Positions 1-9,142 of a DNA stretch of 64,000 bases are shown here, piece by piece. Origin of the DNA: Cyanidioschyzon merolae (Eukaryota); the NCBI GenBank assembly GCA_000091205.1, contig AP006496.2, one strand, 5' to 3'. Under the pieces are notes generated by a model. The model was not told the origin of the DNA. It saw only the letters and a list, made by a program, of their open reading frames with translations, and made no database searches. How positions within the stretch are numbered: position 1 is the stretch's first letter; each line of letters opens with the position of its first letter. Position numbers and translations under genes: made by a program.

Positions 1-51
1 ATCGGGCGCAGGCAAGATGGTCGCTTATGCCTGGACGAGGCTCTGCGAAGG

Positions 52-1164
52 ATGCAGCAAACGGGGAGCTTTGATGGCTGGAGTGAGGCTCGGATCAAAG
101 CTTGGCTCAACAAGGATGCGAATCCGAATGCGTATTATTACCGATTTAACGACCCTGGAGAAGAGCAGCGAAACGGCAAGTGGACCAAGCAGGAACACGA
201 GCGCTTCATGCAGCGACTGAAAGAATGCCACATCGGAGAGAACTACGAGTGGGGAATCTTCTCGATGGCACTGCCTGGGCGGGTCGGGTACCAGTGCAGC
301 AACTATTACCGCACTCTCCTCAAGAGGGGCATTGTGAAAGATGATAACTACTACTTCAACGAGAAGGGTGAACCCAAGTTTCGTTTCAAAACCAAGAGCG
401 GTGTCCAGTTGACGTCAGACGAAAACGGAACTAGCTGTGCCGTTTCCAATGCTGCCAGAGTCGCTACGAAACGCAGCGGCCAGCGCCGCCTGGCGAAGCG
501 AAAACAATCTCTCTGGGACTCGGACGATTCGGACTCTGCCGCCGATGACGACGAGACTGAATACGTTCCGAACCATGCCGTGTCTGCGCAGTCTGTTCGC
601 CGCTCGGCGCGGTCGCGAAGGATAGTCAACTACGCCGATGTGGAGGACGGGGCGCCTGCAAATGCTGGCGAAATGGAGATGCATCCGGATGGTACCGCTG
701 CTGTTGGGTCCGGCACGAACCCTAAGCGATCGCGACGGGATACGGAATCAGGTGCTCCGAACAATGAGTTACGGATGATATCCCAAGTTACCGCATCTGC
801 CTCAGATTCTGGCGAATCATCTTTGCGCTCGAGTTTGAAAGACAGTTCGACGCCGTCCGAGTATTCAGACAAGGCCGGAGCTCTGTGCGAACTCAATGGG
901 AACGAATTCCGTTCGAGATCTCATGCACGAGATTCGGACAACCCGCTTCCCGACTTTATCGATGTCATTACAATGGAGCCCGTACGTCGACCAGCGATAT
1001 CCCCATCGGGGCACGTATTAGGCTATTTAACCTGGAGGCGACTTCTTCAGCAACACCCCCGAAACACATGTCCATTCACGAAGAAGCCACTTCGACTTGC
1101 TGACTTGACGCTGCTCACGCATGAAAACATCCACGAGTACACACACCGCATTGTTGGTCGATGA
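52..1164 (+). CDS. Myb/SANT-like DNA-binding domain protein with C-terminal U-box-like domain (5' end may lie left of window)
   Basis: 370-aa ORF. 'KWTKQEHERFMQRLKECHIGENYEWGIFSMALPGRVGYQCSNYYRTLLKRG' fits the Myb/SANT pattern (W..EE..F....G..W..IS....GR...QC). C-terminal 'ITMEPVRRPAISPSGHVLGYLTWRRLLQQHPRNTCPFTKKPLRLADL' resembles a Prp19/Rtf2-type U-box. Confidence 0.5.
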   Translation: MQQTGSFDGWSEARIKAWLNKDANPNAYYYRFNDPGEEQRNGKWTKQEHERFMQRLKECHIGENYEWGIFSMALPGRVGYQCSNYYRTLLKRGIVKDDNYYFNEKGEPKFRFKTKSGVQLTSDENGTSCAVSNAARVATKRSGQRRLAKRKQSLWDSDDSDSAADDDETEYVPNHAVSAQSVRRSARSRRIVNYADVEDGAPANAGEMEMHPDGTAAVGSGTNPKRSRRDTESGAPNNELRMISQVTASASDSGESSLRSSLKDSSTPSEYSDKAGALCELNGNEFRSRSHARDSDNPLPDFIDVITMEPVRRPAISPSGHVLGYLTWRRLLQQHPRNTCPFTKKPLRLADLTLLTHENIHEYTHRIVGR

Positions 1165-1169
1165 AACAT

Positions 1170-2891
1170 CTAGCACCTGAGATCTTGGATCTCTCGCTCA
1201 AGACCTGCAATCGTTCTCTCTAGGATGCGTTTCTCACTTCGACGCAAACGCACAGAGAGTCGCTGCTTGCGCGAGAGAAGCTGCGCCATGGACTTGTCTT
1301 TGAGCGCAGCATCGTCTTCATCGGCGGAAGTCGGATACGCTTGAAGCGCAATCTTACACGCTTGGAGCAGAGCGCTCTTCGCTGCGATTTCATTTTCTCG
1401 ATTTACCGGTTGCGCGACATCGATCTGCTCGAGATCCGAATATCCCGCCGCATCTTGTTCGGTAAGCGAGGCGAATCGCAAAAGCTGCATAAGTTCCAGC
1501 GGATATCGGTCAGCGTACAGGGGGAAGCATTCCGGCTTATCCGGATCGCGCCCACAAGCTAAAAGAAACGATCGTTTCCGGTCGAGAAGCCCAGCACCCG
1601 CGGCCTCTGATCCGGAGAGTGACACGCAGACCTCAACTGAGTTGTATGGGTTGCGGTCCGATACGAAGCCGTAGAGCAAAAGAAGCTCAGCATTGGATTT
1701 TTGACCGTAGGAAACATACACTTGTTCGAATTTGTCGTAAAAGCGGTCTGCATATGCAACGACTTCTCGCTGGGCGTCTTCGCGATAATGGGAAGAGTCT
1801 GTGTTCGCGACTGCGCCGGCATCGTCGCTATTCGGGGCCAGGAATCGTTGCCACCATTGACCGCGCTTTTGTTTCGAGGAAGCGCGAAAAGCGTACGGGA
1901 ACGCTGCGGTGCGGGCATCAATAAACGAAACGCAGAACGCCGAATGATTCGCAAGGTCCGCGTATGGAACCAGCGCGAGCATACCATTCTCCGCCGGAAG
2001 TGAAACCGCCCTTGAGAACAAGACTCCGAAAGCCCAGAGGAAACGCTCCAGGCGAAAGGCACCCTCTAAATCAAAGATATGCGGATGTCGTCGATACAAA
2101 CGTTCGCACGCTTCTGCATATTCCCGCTCGACTTTGGATCGGAGTGCGCGAGCGGACAATAGCGTTGGGCTTCCCTGCAACCACTGCATCTCGTCCTCTG
2201 CCCAGAGCCAAAGGGCATCCAGTGGATCCATCGACAGGGACTCGGCAGGCTCTGCCCCTTTGAATTCCCACGGCACGGGTGGCAGGATGTCGAGGTAAGG
2301 TCCCCAGAAGGAGCCTGGCCCTCGTCCACTCTTTTTCCATGACTCGTCAAGCCCTCTTTCATAGAGAAGAAGTGTAGCAAGCGCAAAAAACTCCTCCTCG
2401 TCTGCAAGCTCGGGAACATTGAGGGCGGCGAACCGCCGCACTGCGACATCCTTTGTGAAGCACAGATGAAACGGAACTTGAAAGAGAACTTCGCCGGCCT
2501 GGATGTCGCGACGAGCAAGGAAACCGCGTCCAGCCGGCTCGCTTTCGATTAGCGTCTGCTCTGCGACAACGAGCGGATGCGATGCTCGCCCCCAGGTCGC
2601 CTTATCTGACACAAAAACCTCGTTCGCAGCGAGCCATTTAACAAAGGCCTCCAGGCGCGAACTCGTCTTGCTCGCTCCGGGCATCTCTGCAACAGCTCGA
2701 AGCTCTCTGCGCCATCGCTTGCTTCGAGCAGCCCTAAAGAACTCCGTGGGTCTCGAGTGCCTCCCCGCAGAGAAGCGCGCCCTGTCGTTGCTCCGCCAAA
2801 GCGAAGAGCGTTGCTGTATGCCAACTATGCTGCTCCCGTGGCAGCCACCCGCTGGTGCAAATGCGCACACCATACCACTAACAGACAGCAA
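1170..2891 (-). CDS. SET-domain protein-lysine methyltransferase, Rubisco LSMT/SETD3-like
   Basis: 573-aa ORF. 'GRGFLARRDIQAGEVLFQVPFHLCF', 'EEEFFALATLLLYERGLDESWKKSGRGPGSFWGPYLDILP' and 'LALVPYADLANHS' match the LSMT-type SET domain and its substrate-binding region. The N-terminal ~70 aa look like a targeting extension; the true start may be the internal M of 'MPGASKTSS'. Confidence 0.75.
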   Translation of the reverse strand: MLSVSGMVCAFAPAGGCHGSSIVGIQQRSSLWRSNDRARFSAGRHSRPTEFFRAARSKRWRRELRAVAEMPGASKTSSRLEAFVKWLAANEVFVSDKATWGRASHPLVVAEQTLIESEPAGRGFLARRDIQAGEVLFQVPFHLCFTKDVAVRRFAALNVPELADEEEFFALATLLLYERGLDESWKKSGRGPGSFWGPYLDILPPVPWEFKGAEPAESLSMDPLDALWLWAEDEMQWLQGSPTLLSARALRSKVEREYAEACERLYRRHPHIFDLEGAFRLERFLWAFGVLFSRAVSLPAENGMLALVPYADLANHSAFCVSFIDARTAAFPYAFRASSKQKRGQWWQRFLAPNSDDAGAVANTDSSHYREDAQREVVAYADRFYDKFEQVYVSYGQKSNAELLLLYGFVSDRNPYNSVEVCVSLSGSEAAGAGLLDRKRSFLLACGRDPDKPECFPLYADRYPLELMQLLRFASLTEQDAAGYSDLEQIDVAQPVNRENEIAAKSALLQACKIALQAYPTSADEDDAALKDKSMAQLLSRKQRLSVRLRRSEKRILERTIAGLEREIQDLRC

Positions 2892-3226
2892 AACGCTGTG
2901 AAACGAGTCCTAATCGTTTACAATAACAGGGAGCTGCCGCAGTTGCGAACGCTTCCACTCGTGCAACAACCTCCAGCGTCGAAAAAAGTACTGTGTGCAC
3001 CTCCAGGCGATGAATCGCGTCACGACTGAACCGCAGCGCGGCTGCTGGAAAAAACAGCCGCGCACTATTTTACCGATACAGCGTGGTCGCTCGTGCATCT
3101 GCGCATAACTGGGATGCATGTACCACCGACATGGAGGACGTCAATCGAGTCTAAACGTCGTGCTCTGAGAGGCTGCATGTTATGGCTTGCACGGGCATCC
3201 AGCGGCGATCCGGTGCATAACGAGCG

Positions 3227-4066
3227 TCAGTCGCGTTCTGATAGGCGATGAAGCACTCCATCCACTTCCTGCTCGGTCAGGACCCGGAAGCGCTTCTTCT
3301 CTTTGGTCACGATGGCAATTTCCAGGTCGGAGGGCTTGAGCTCGGCGCTCGTGACGGACTGAAGTGCGCCGATCGCAAGCTCCAGCGTCTCGTCGTCCGA
3401 GAGCGGTATGTCGCAGAGTGGTGCACCGTATCCTGCCTGCACCGCAGCTCCTGATACGGCAAGCCGATCGCGCTGCTCTTCACTGAGCTCTTCTTGTTTC
3501 TCTCGCAACCGTTTCTCCAGCCAATTCTGGGCCTCAACATCTTTCGCCCCGGCGGCACATGCGCGGTATCCGATGCAGTAGCCGGCTGGATCAACCTTAT
3601 AGAGACGTGGTCCACTGTAGCCGCCCTCGTGATCATCCCAGCCCAGGAAGAGCAGCGTCACCCCAAGCGGGCGCATATACGCGTGCTGTGTGTACACCTG
3701 GTTGATGTCCGCAAGCCGCGTCGCCAGATACGACACGGGCGCCTCGTAGCCGTTCTCGTAGCGAAACTCCGAGGCCTCCGCACGAAGTCGTTGAACCTGC
3801 GCTCTTCCGTCTGTAGCCAGGCCAGCAAACACCACACCGTGCTGCTCCGATATTCGCGCAGCGCTCGACACCGAGTCCGGCTCCACAAGACGATCCGGCA
3901 GCTTCCGCTGAACTGCCACACACACACACTGCGTGCCCCGAACTGCAACCGCCGTTGTGCCCGGTAGCTTCACCGCCTTGAAGGCGTATTCTACTTGGAA
4001 CAGCCGTCCTTCAGGTGAAAACACGGTTATATGCCGGTCATAGCCGGCACTAGTCCCGCGACTCAT
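3227..4066 (-). CDS. PSMA6: 20S proteasome subunit alpha type-6
   Basis: '[32 protein letters not shown]...[18 protein letters not shown]...[19 protein letters not shown]' is collinear with human PSMA6 ('[32 protein letters not shown]...ISQVYTQNAEMRPLG'). The track ORF extends to 4234, but the conserved N-terminus begins at the M at 4066. Confidence 0.9.
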   Translation of the reverse strand: [279 protein letters not shown]

Positions 4067-5237
4067 CACGCGTTTTACGTCTTCCACTATGAAGCGGGCC
4101 TCGTGCAACTGTAGCTGAAGTTCGCAGCGGCGTAGTGCACGAGACATCCGCGCTGAATCTTCGCCATGACGATTTCTGATGACAAAACGTTCACATTGAC
4201 CATGGATCGCAGGGTGCGAGATGGATATTGGCATTCTGGAAAACGTTCATCATGCTGGATCCTACCTCCGATATCCATTACTTAAACTTCTTCTCGAATT
4301 TACTGGTCGCTTCACACGATCCATCGAGCGCCGAGTGCCTGTTTTGAGCTCCAGCTAAAGCGCCCAAACCGCCAATGCTGAAGCAGCACGGAGACAGAAC
4401 AGCTTTGCCATGCTACAGAGGGCATCGGCTCGAGAAGTGTTTCATCCGACACGGGGTCGAGATTCATTATCATTCTGGGAGCCTGCAAGCTGTGCTGATA
4501 GATCTACTGCCTGCGGCAGCGGGAAGCGATTTACAAGGAGTCCAGTGCGACCGATGCGACGCCCAAACGCACCCTACCTGCCCCTTATCCAAGAATAAAA
4601 TACGTTGCGGACGAGCAGCTCAAGACGCTCCACTGCACCTGCCACCGAGGGTAGCATGAAGCACCAGTCCGGCAGACTCAGCCGGCTCGCGGGACTTTCC
4701 GACTAGAATGTAAAAGTTCGACAATATGGAAACCTATTCCCCGTTCAACGTTTATCCTAGAGGGGAACGAAATTGTTATCTTGGCGCTAGTTAGTGGTCA
4801 GTTTCTGTTCTTTGTTCTATAGAGCGCAGTCGATATGCGTACATACAAATCTGGCATGCATGAGACACGAGGCGCATCTCGCCGTTGAAAGGAAACACGA
4901 TCCTTACCACTAGTTGACTTGTTGCTCTATTGGGCATGTTGCATTTGCGTTGAAGTCGTAGCAAAGAAAGTTTTCAGTTCAATCGTATTTCAAACCGCAA
5001 GCAAGCATATTCTAGTGTTTTTCGGTGTTTATAACAGAAGTGTTCGAAGCGGGTTCGTTTTCAAAAAAAAAGAAAAGTTATCGAAATGGAAAGGGAGGAC
5101 CCTGGAGGGCCAGTATCGCTGGTTGGCGGAAGAAACCAAAAGCATGACGGAGCAAAGAGGTACAAGAGAAGACGAGGAAGCATAAGGGGGAGACCCGACG
5201 TTAATGGCTGCACGAAAGACGACACCACGACAAGAAG

Positions 5238-7200
5238 TTGGTGAAAGCCTGTCTTCTGAGACATATCAAGAGCCCGTACTACCAAAAGTTGCAAAAGGCT
5301 GTCAGAAAGCCTGTCAAGTCGTACTCCACGAGTGTGGGTGACGTTTCTTTAAGACTGATGCGTATGGCGAGAGATCTGTATCGCGAATTGCTGCACATGG
5401 AAAGATTCGGGTTCCGTAAGAGTTTTTCAACAGGATCTTCACCAGCTACCTGATGGCTGGAACAGGGAAAACGTCTTGGAGAGACGAGCGAGTGCACGTC
5501 CTCCAGGAAAACTTCGCGGAGTACCGCTTCAACGGTACGTCATACAAGGATGACTCGCATATTTACGAATACGGGGTGATGAAGTACCTCACGAACCTGA
5601 AGAACCACATGATCGTGCGCCTCGAACGCTTCATGGTACGCTCTTTCTTTGCACTCTACCCGGGACTGTCTCGCAAAGGGATATGGGCCATCATCCACGG
5701 TATCACGAAAGATCGTCATCATGAACAGTAGATAGAATTCATCGACAAGAAGAAATCACACAGGAGAAAGAATCAGGGTTATGTAATATGTGTGGCTATT
5801 CAAGAGCACCGTTCGGTCCTGGAGCTTGTCAACCCACAGTGGGAGTATCAGATATGAAAAAAGATGAAGAAAGATGTCATCTCCTCATCCTGCGCTATGT
5901 CGTGTTTTTGAATCGAGAACTCGAACGCAAGGCAGAGATGGATCAGGATATGGAAGAAAATGAAGCGTCGGTGGAACGGAATGCTATGCCTTTGAAGAAG
6001 ATCTTCTATGTCGTTCCGCTATGCAACACCAAGTCACATTTTGTGACGATCGACTCCAGAATCTTTTACGGCGTCATGAAGGAGATCCGCTCGGAGTTCG
6101 ATGTAAGCAGGTAGGAGTTCACTGGCAAAAACTGGGAGACGTACTGGAAGAATACCTTCCATTTCAAACGTCTCAAAACGAGCAAGCAAGGGCTATTCAC
6201 GGAGATCACCGAAACCGATGGAGTATCCATTTGCGCACACTATAGTCGCTTGAAGGCGGATCGTCCTATTGTGTTTTCGGCTTCGCCCTCGCTGAAGCAT
6301 GAAGATGAGAGGGAAGCAGGCCATAAGACGAAGGAGATGCAAGAGAACGACTCCCTGGTCAGCGCAGATCCTGGGAACACGAATATCATAACCATCGCGG
6401 CACGCAAGTGTCGGGAAGATGGTATCGACGGCAACTTACGTCACAAAGACATGCGTCTTTTGAAGTTCTCAAGAGCGAGATACTACCGAGAATCGGGAAT
6501 AATGAATTGGAGGAGGAAAAGTGAGAAATGGAATGCAGGAGTGAGGGAGCAACTGGAAGCGATCAGCCAGGTGACTAGCCATGGGGCGGACTTCAAAGCT
6601 TACCTAGAGTTCATAGAAACTCAAGCTGCTCATTACGAGGAGCTGCGGAAAGAGTACACAAAGCCCCCGCGGGCTCGTCTGCTTATGAACTTGTACTGTG
6701 GGTAGCAGCGTGCATTTGCCAAACTTTTCAATCAGATGAGCACCCTCAAGGAGGTCAAGAGTCAAAGACTCGTAGTAGCTTATGGAGCACGGCGCTGGAG
6801 GCCCAACAGAAGAGCATACCAGCTCTATCAACGAGAGCGTACAAGGAGTGCGCCATTCGTTTCGTCACGGTACCGATAGATGAGTTTCGAACGACCTATG
6901 TGCACCACGAGCTGGGGTGCCTGCTCCAGAGGATCGAGATGCAGTGAAGGCAGCGGAGCCCTGAGGATATAGAAAAGTACGGAGAGCTCACAGAGAAGGA
7001 TGTGGAGTAGAGAGCACGAGTTCGAGGACGACTTGCCCCAGAGAGTACAACCAGCGGCGGCAATAAACGCATGGATTTTGTGAAGCTTGAATTGAACACC
7101 TCCCTCAATGGCAGACGATGTGTGGTATTGAAGACGAGACCCGCCGAGCTGACGCGATCCAACTTTGTGGGCAGCCTGTCAGGTTCGAACCGTACAAGGG
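5238..7200 (+). pseudogene. TnpB/Fanzor-like RuvC nuclease pseudogene (copy A)
   Basis: Segments align with copy B and with ISDra2 TnpB landmarks. 'KCREDGIDGNL' matches RuvC-I 'GVDVGI'; 'SRARYYRES' matches 'PKYYRST'. In-frame TAG at 6112-6114 where copy B has AAG. A 1-nt deletion near 5790 changes frame. The RuvC-III motif is degraded to 'NTSLNGRRC'. Confidence 0.55.
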
Positions 7201-7315
7201 AAAGCCAATGCCGATGGCAAGGCGCCGGCCAAAATAGGCGGGAGGCGTCTGCAGGTGGTTGTGTATATATAGACTCTCTCGTCGGTATGTATTCGCCATG
7301 ACGATGAGAATCAAC
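7170..7315 (+). other. conserved non-coding 3' tail of Fanzor/TnpB-like element A (candidate omegaRNA/fRNA scaffold region)
   Basis: Nucleotide conservation with the tails of the other five copies continues past the stop codons. Shared blocks: 'GAGCTGACGCGATCCAACTTTGT', 'GGGAGGCGTCTGC.GGTGG'. Confidence 0.3.
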
Positions 7316-8167
7316 AGCACTTCTCCCTGCGATTCGCTTGGCTACAGGAGCGGTAGTTTGAGGAACTTTGGAGATGAAGATAGTTGGAAATAAAGGGAGC
7401 AATGGCATCCGAGGTGGCGCCAAATTTATCATGGCTACTGAATGAAGGATTTGTGCAGTCTGCGGATGCTGGTGGATGCGGCTGCTCGTGGTAGCACAGT
7501 TGAAACGAAGTTCAGCTGTACAGCGACGGCGCATCGGCCTCGAGTCCCGTCATTCGTGCAAGGCTTCAAGCTTTCAGAGCTCGAATTCGAAAATGATTAC
7601 TAGGTCCCAGTGATCCCTGTTTTTATGTGACGGGCCTATCGGTGAAGACGACAACGCATAGCGGCTTCAGCTGACTGTCCGCCTGCGCTGCCAACAACCT
7701 GTTGCAGGCGCCTGTTACGTGCGAGCAACGTTCTCGTTGAGATTGCGGGCGATCTTTCACCAGCGGTAAGCAGGGCGTTGCGTCTCCTGTGTTGCAAGCT
7801 CGCCATGTCCAGCGGGTTCTGAGACAGAGCACTGGCTGCATAGCGCTGCAGTTGAGAGACGGAACCTGTCTCAAGTTGATCGCGTGCGCCTTAGCGCTGT
7901 ACCGCAGGCAATGCAGTTGGAGTATTTGTCGCCCGGTAGCTGGCGACAGCCGCAGCATTTGTCCCGAGCTCGTTGCACCGGCGAGATGCGCACCCCAAAA
8001 CTCGTGCGCTAGATTAGGATTTCGCACTTGTTTCGATCACTCCACTCTGGAAACAAGGAGTGCGAAAGCAGGTAACACAAGAAGGTCTTTGTAATGTGTC
8101 ATGATCGATGCGTGGAATGTACACAGGCATGCGAGCTCGGGCATGCCTGGTGATTCTAACCGGTTTC

Positions 8168-9142
8168 TTAGTCTGAATCCGAAGCAGAGCTTTCGCTATC
8201 GTCGTCCCCTTCATCGTCCGCGGGCACCTCTCGGTTACGCAGCTCCAACTCTTCCATGAGATTCGACAGCAGGCGATCATCGCGCTCGCTCACGACGCGG
8301 GGAGCAACTTTCACTACGCATTTGCCCCGACGGGCTTCAATCTCATTGCGGATGACTTCGATGACCTTCGCAAGCGCTTCCAGGCCTTCTTGCCGCTGTA
8401 GCGCACTCGTTGTGAGTATGTACGTTGGCGGCGCTAACAGACGAATTTTCACGGAATTCGACGTCTGCGTGATGCACTCAGTGCCAAGGCGCAATGCCTC
8501 TTTGATAGCGTCGATACCCTCAAAGTCGAAACAAGTGACATCAATATCGGCTCTAATTTTCGTCGCCTGCGGAGTAAGCTTTCGACGAATGCTCTTCAGT
8601 AGCTCCTCCTTCTCCTCGGGACCAATATCCAGAGAGCCCAGCACCGAAGATACGTTCGCCTCGACGGCCACGGGGTTGTCAATGTTCCCGTCGGCCACCA
8701 TGAGGCGAAAGGCGTCGAACGCATGGCCATATTTGCGGTAGAGCGGCCAACCTACGCGCTTGTAAAGATCTTCTAGGTCTACTCCAACAGATTCAGCAGT
8801 GTGCCGCATGATCGAGTGCACAGTGCGCGACTTGGACCATTTTTCCTCCATTTTCTGCACGTCCTCGGGAGAGACGCGCCGCTTGCTTAAGTCGATGTAT
8901 CCCTTCTCCTGATCAACACGTACAACCATACAAACCTCCTGCCTGCCAACACGAAGAAGCCGGTTGATCGAACGTATTCTTCGCCTTGAAACTTCACTCA
9001 GCATAATCATGCCTTGGCAGTCTGCGTACTCGGGGAGTGTCACGTACGCGCCCATTTCTTGGATGTCTCGCACAACTGCTATTACGAGATCGTCGGGGTC
9101 TGGAAAGGGATTCTCGTACATACGACATTGCAGATTCACCAT
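8168..9142 (-). CDS. EIF2S1: eukaryotic translation initiation factor 2 subunit alpha
   Basis: 'MVNLQCRMYENPFPDPDDLVIAVVRDIQEMGAYVTLPEYADCQGMIMLSEVSRRRIRSINRLLRVGRQEVCMVVRVDQEKGYIDLSKRRVSPED' is near-collinear with human eIF2-alpha, including the S1 domain and the Ser51 region 'LSELSRRRIRSI'. Confidence 0.95.
   Translation of the reverse strand: MVNLQCRMYENPFPDPDDLVIAVVRDIQEMGAYVTLPEYADCQGMIMLSEVSRRRIRSINRLLRVGRQEVCMVVRVDQEKGYIDLSKRRVSPEDVQKMEEKWSKSRTVHSIMRHTAESVGVDLEDLYKRVGWPLYRKYGHAFDAFRLMVADGNIDNPVAVEANVSSVLGSLDIGPEEKEELLKSIRRKLTPQATKIRADIDVTCFDFEGIDAIKEALRLGTECITQTSNSVKIRLLAPPTYILTTSALQRQEGLEALAKVIEVIRNEIEARRGKCVVKVAPRVVSERDDRLLSNLMEELELRNREVPADDEGDDDSESSASDSD

Larger units (their letters stand above)
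4995..7315 (+). mobile_element. Fanzor/TnpB-like element, long copy A (decayed)
   Basis: Carries the family-specific 5' block (4995-5130) and the RuvC-III/3' tail (7090-7315). The ends align at nucleotide level with copies at 27370-29660, 39420-39926, 47700-48230, 54480-55110(-) and 61525-61990(-). The body encodes TnpB-like protein segments in broken frames. Confidence 0.6.

Noticed and set aside
5731-6250. Frame changes in the long Fanzor-like copies as GT-AG introns (as in Fanzor1 genes)
   Set aside because: The lesions are at different positions in copies A and B, include single-nucleotide and 10-nt indels and in-frame TAGs at otherwise conserved codons, and lack consistent GT...AG boundaries. 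This is pseudogene decay.
7180-7200. tRNA-like B box 'GGTTCGAACC' in copy A's tail (SINE or tRNA origin?)
   Set aside because: The other five copies read 'g(g/c)(t/c)tcgaagtgtaca' at the same place, not a B-box consensus. The match is chance in one copy.
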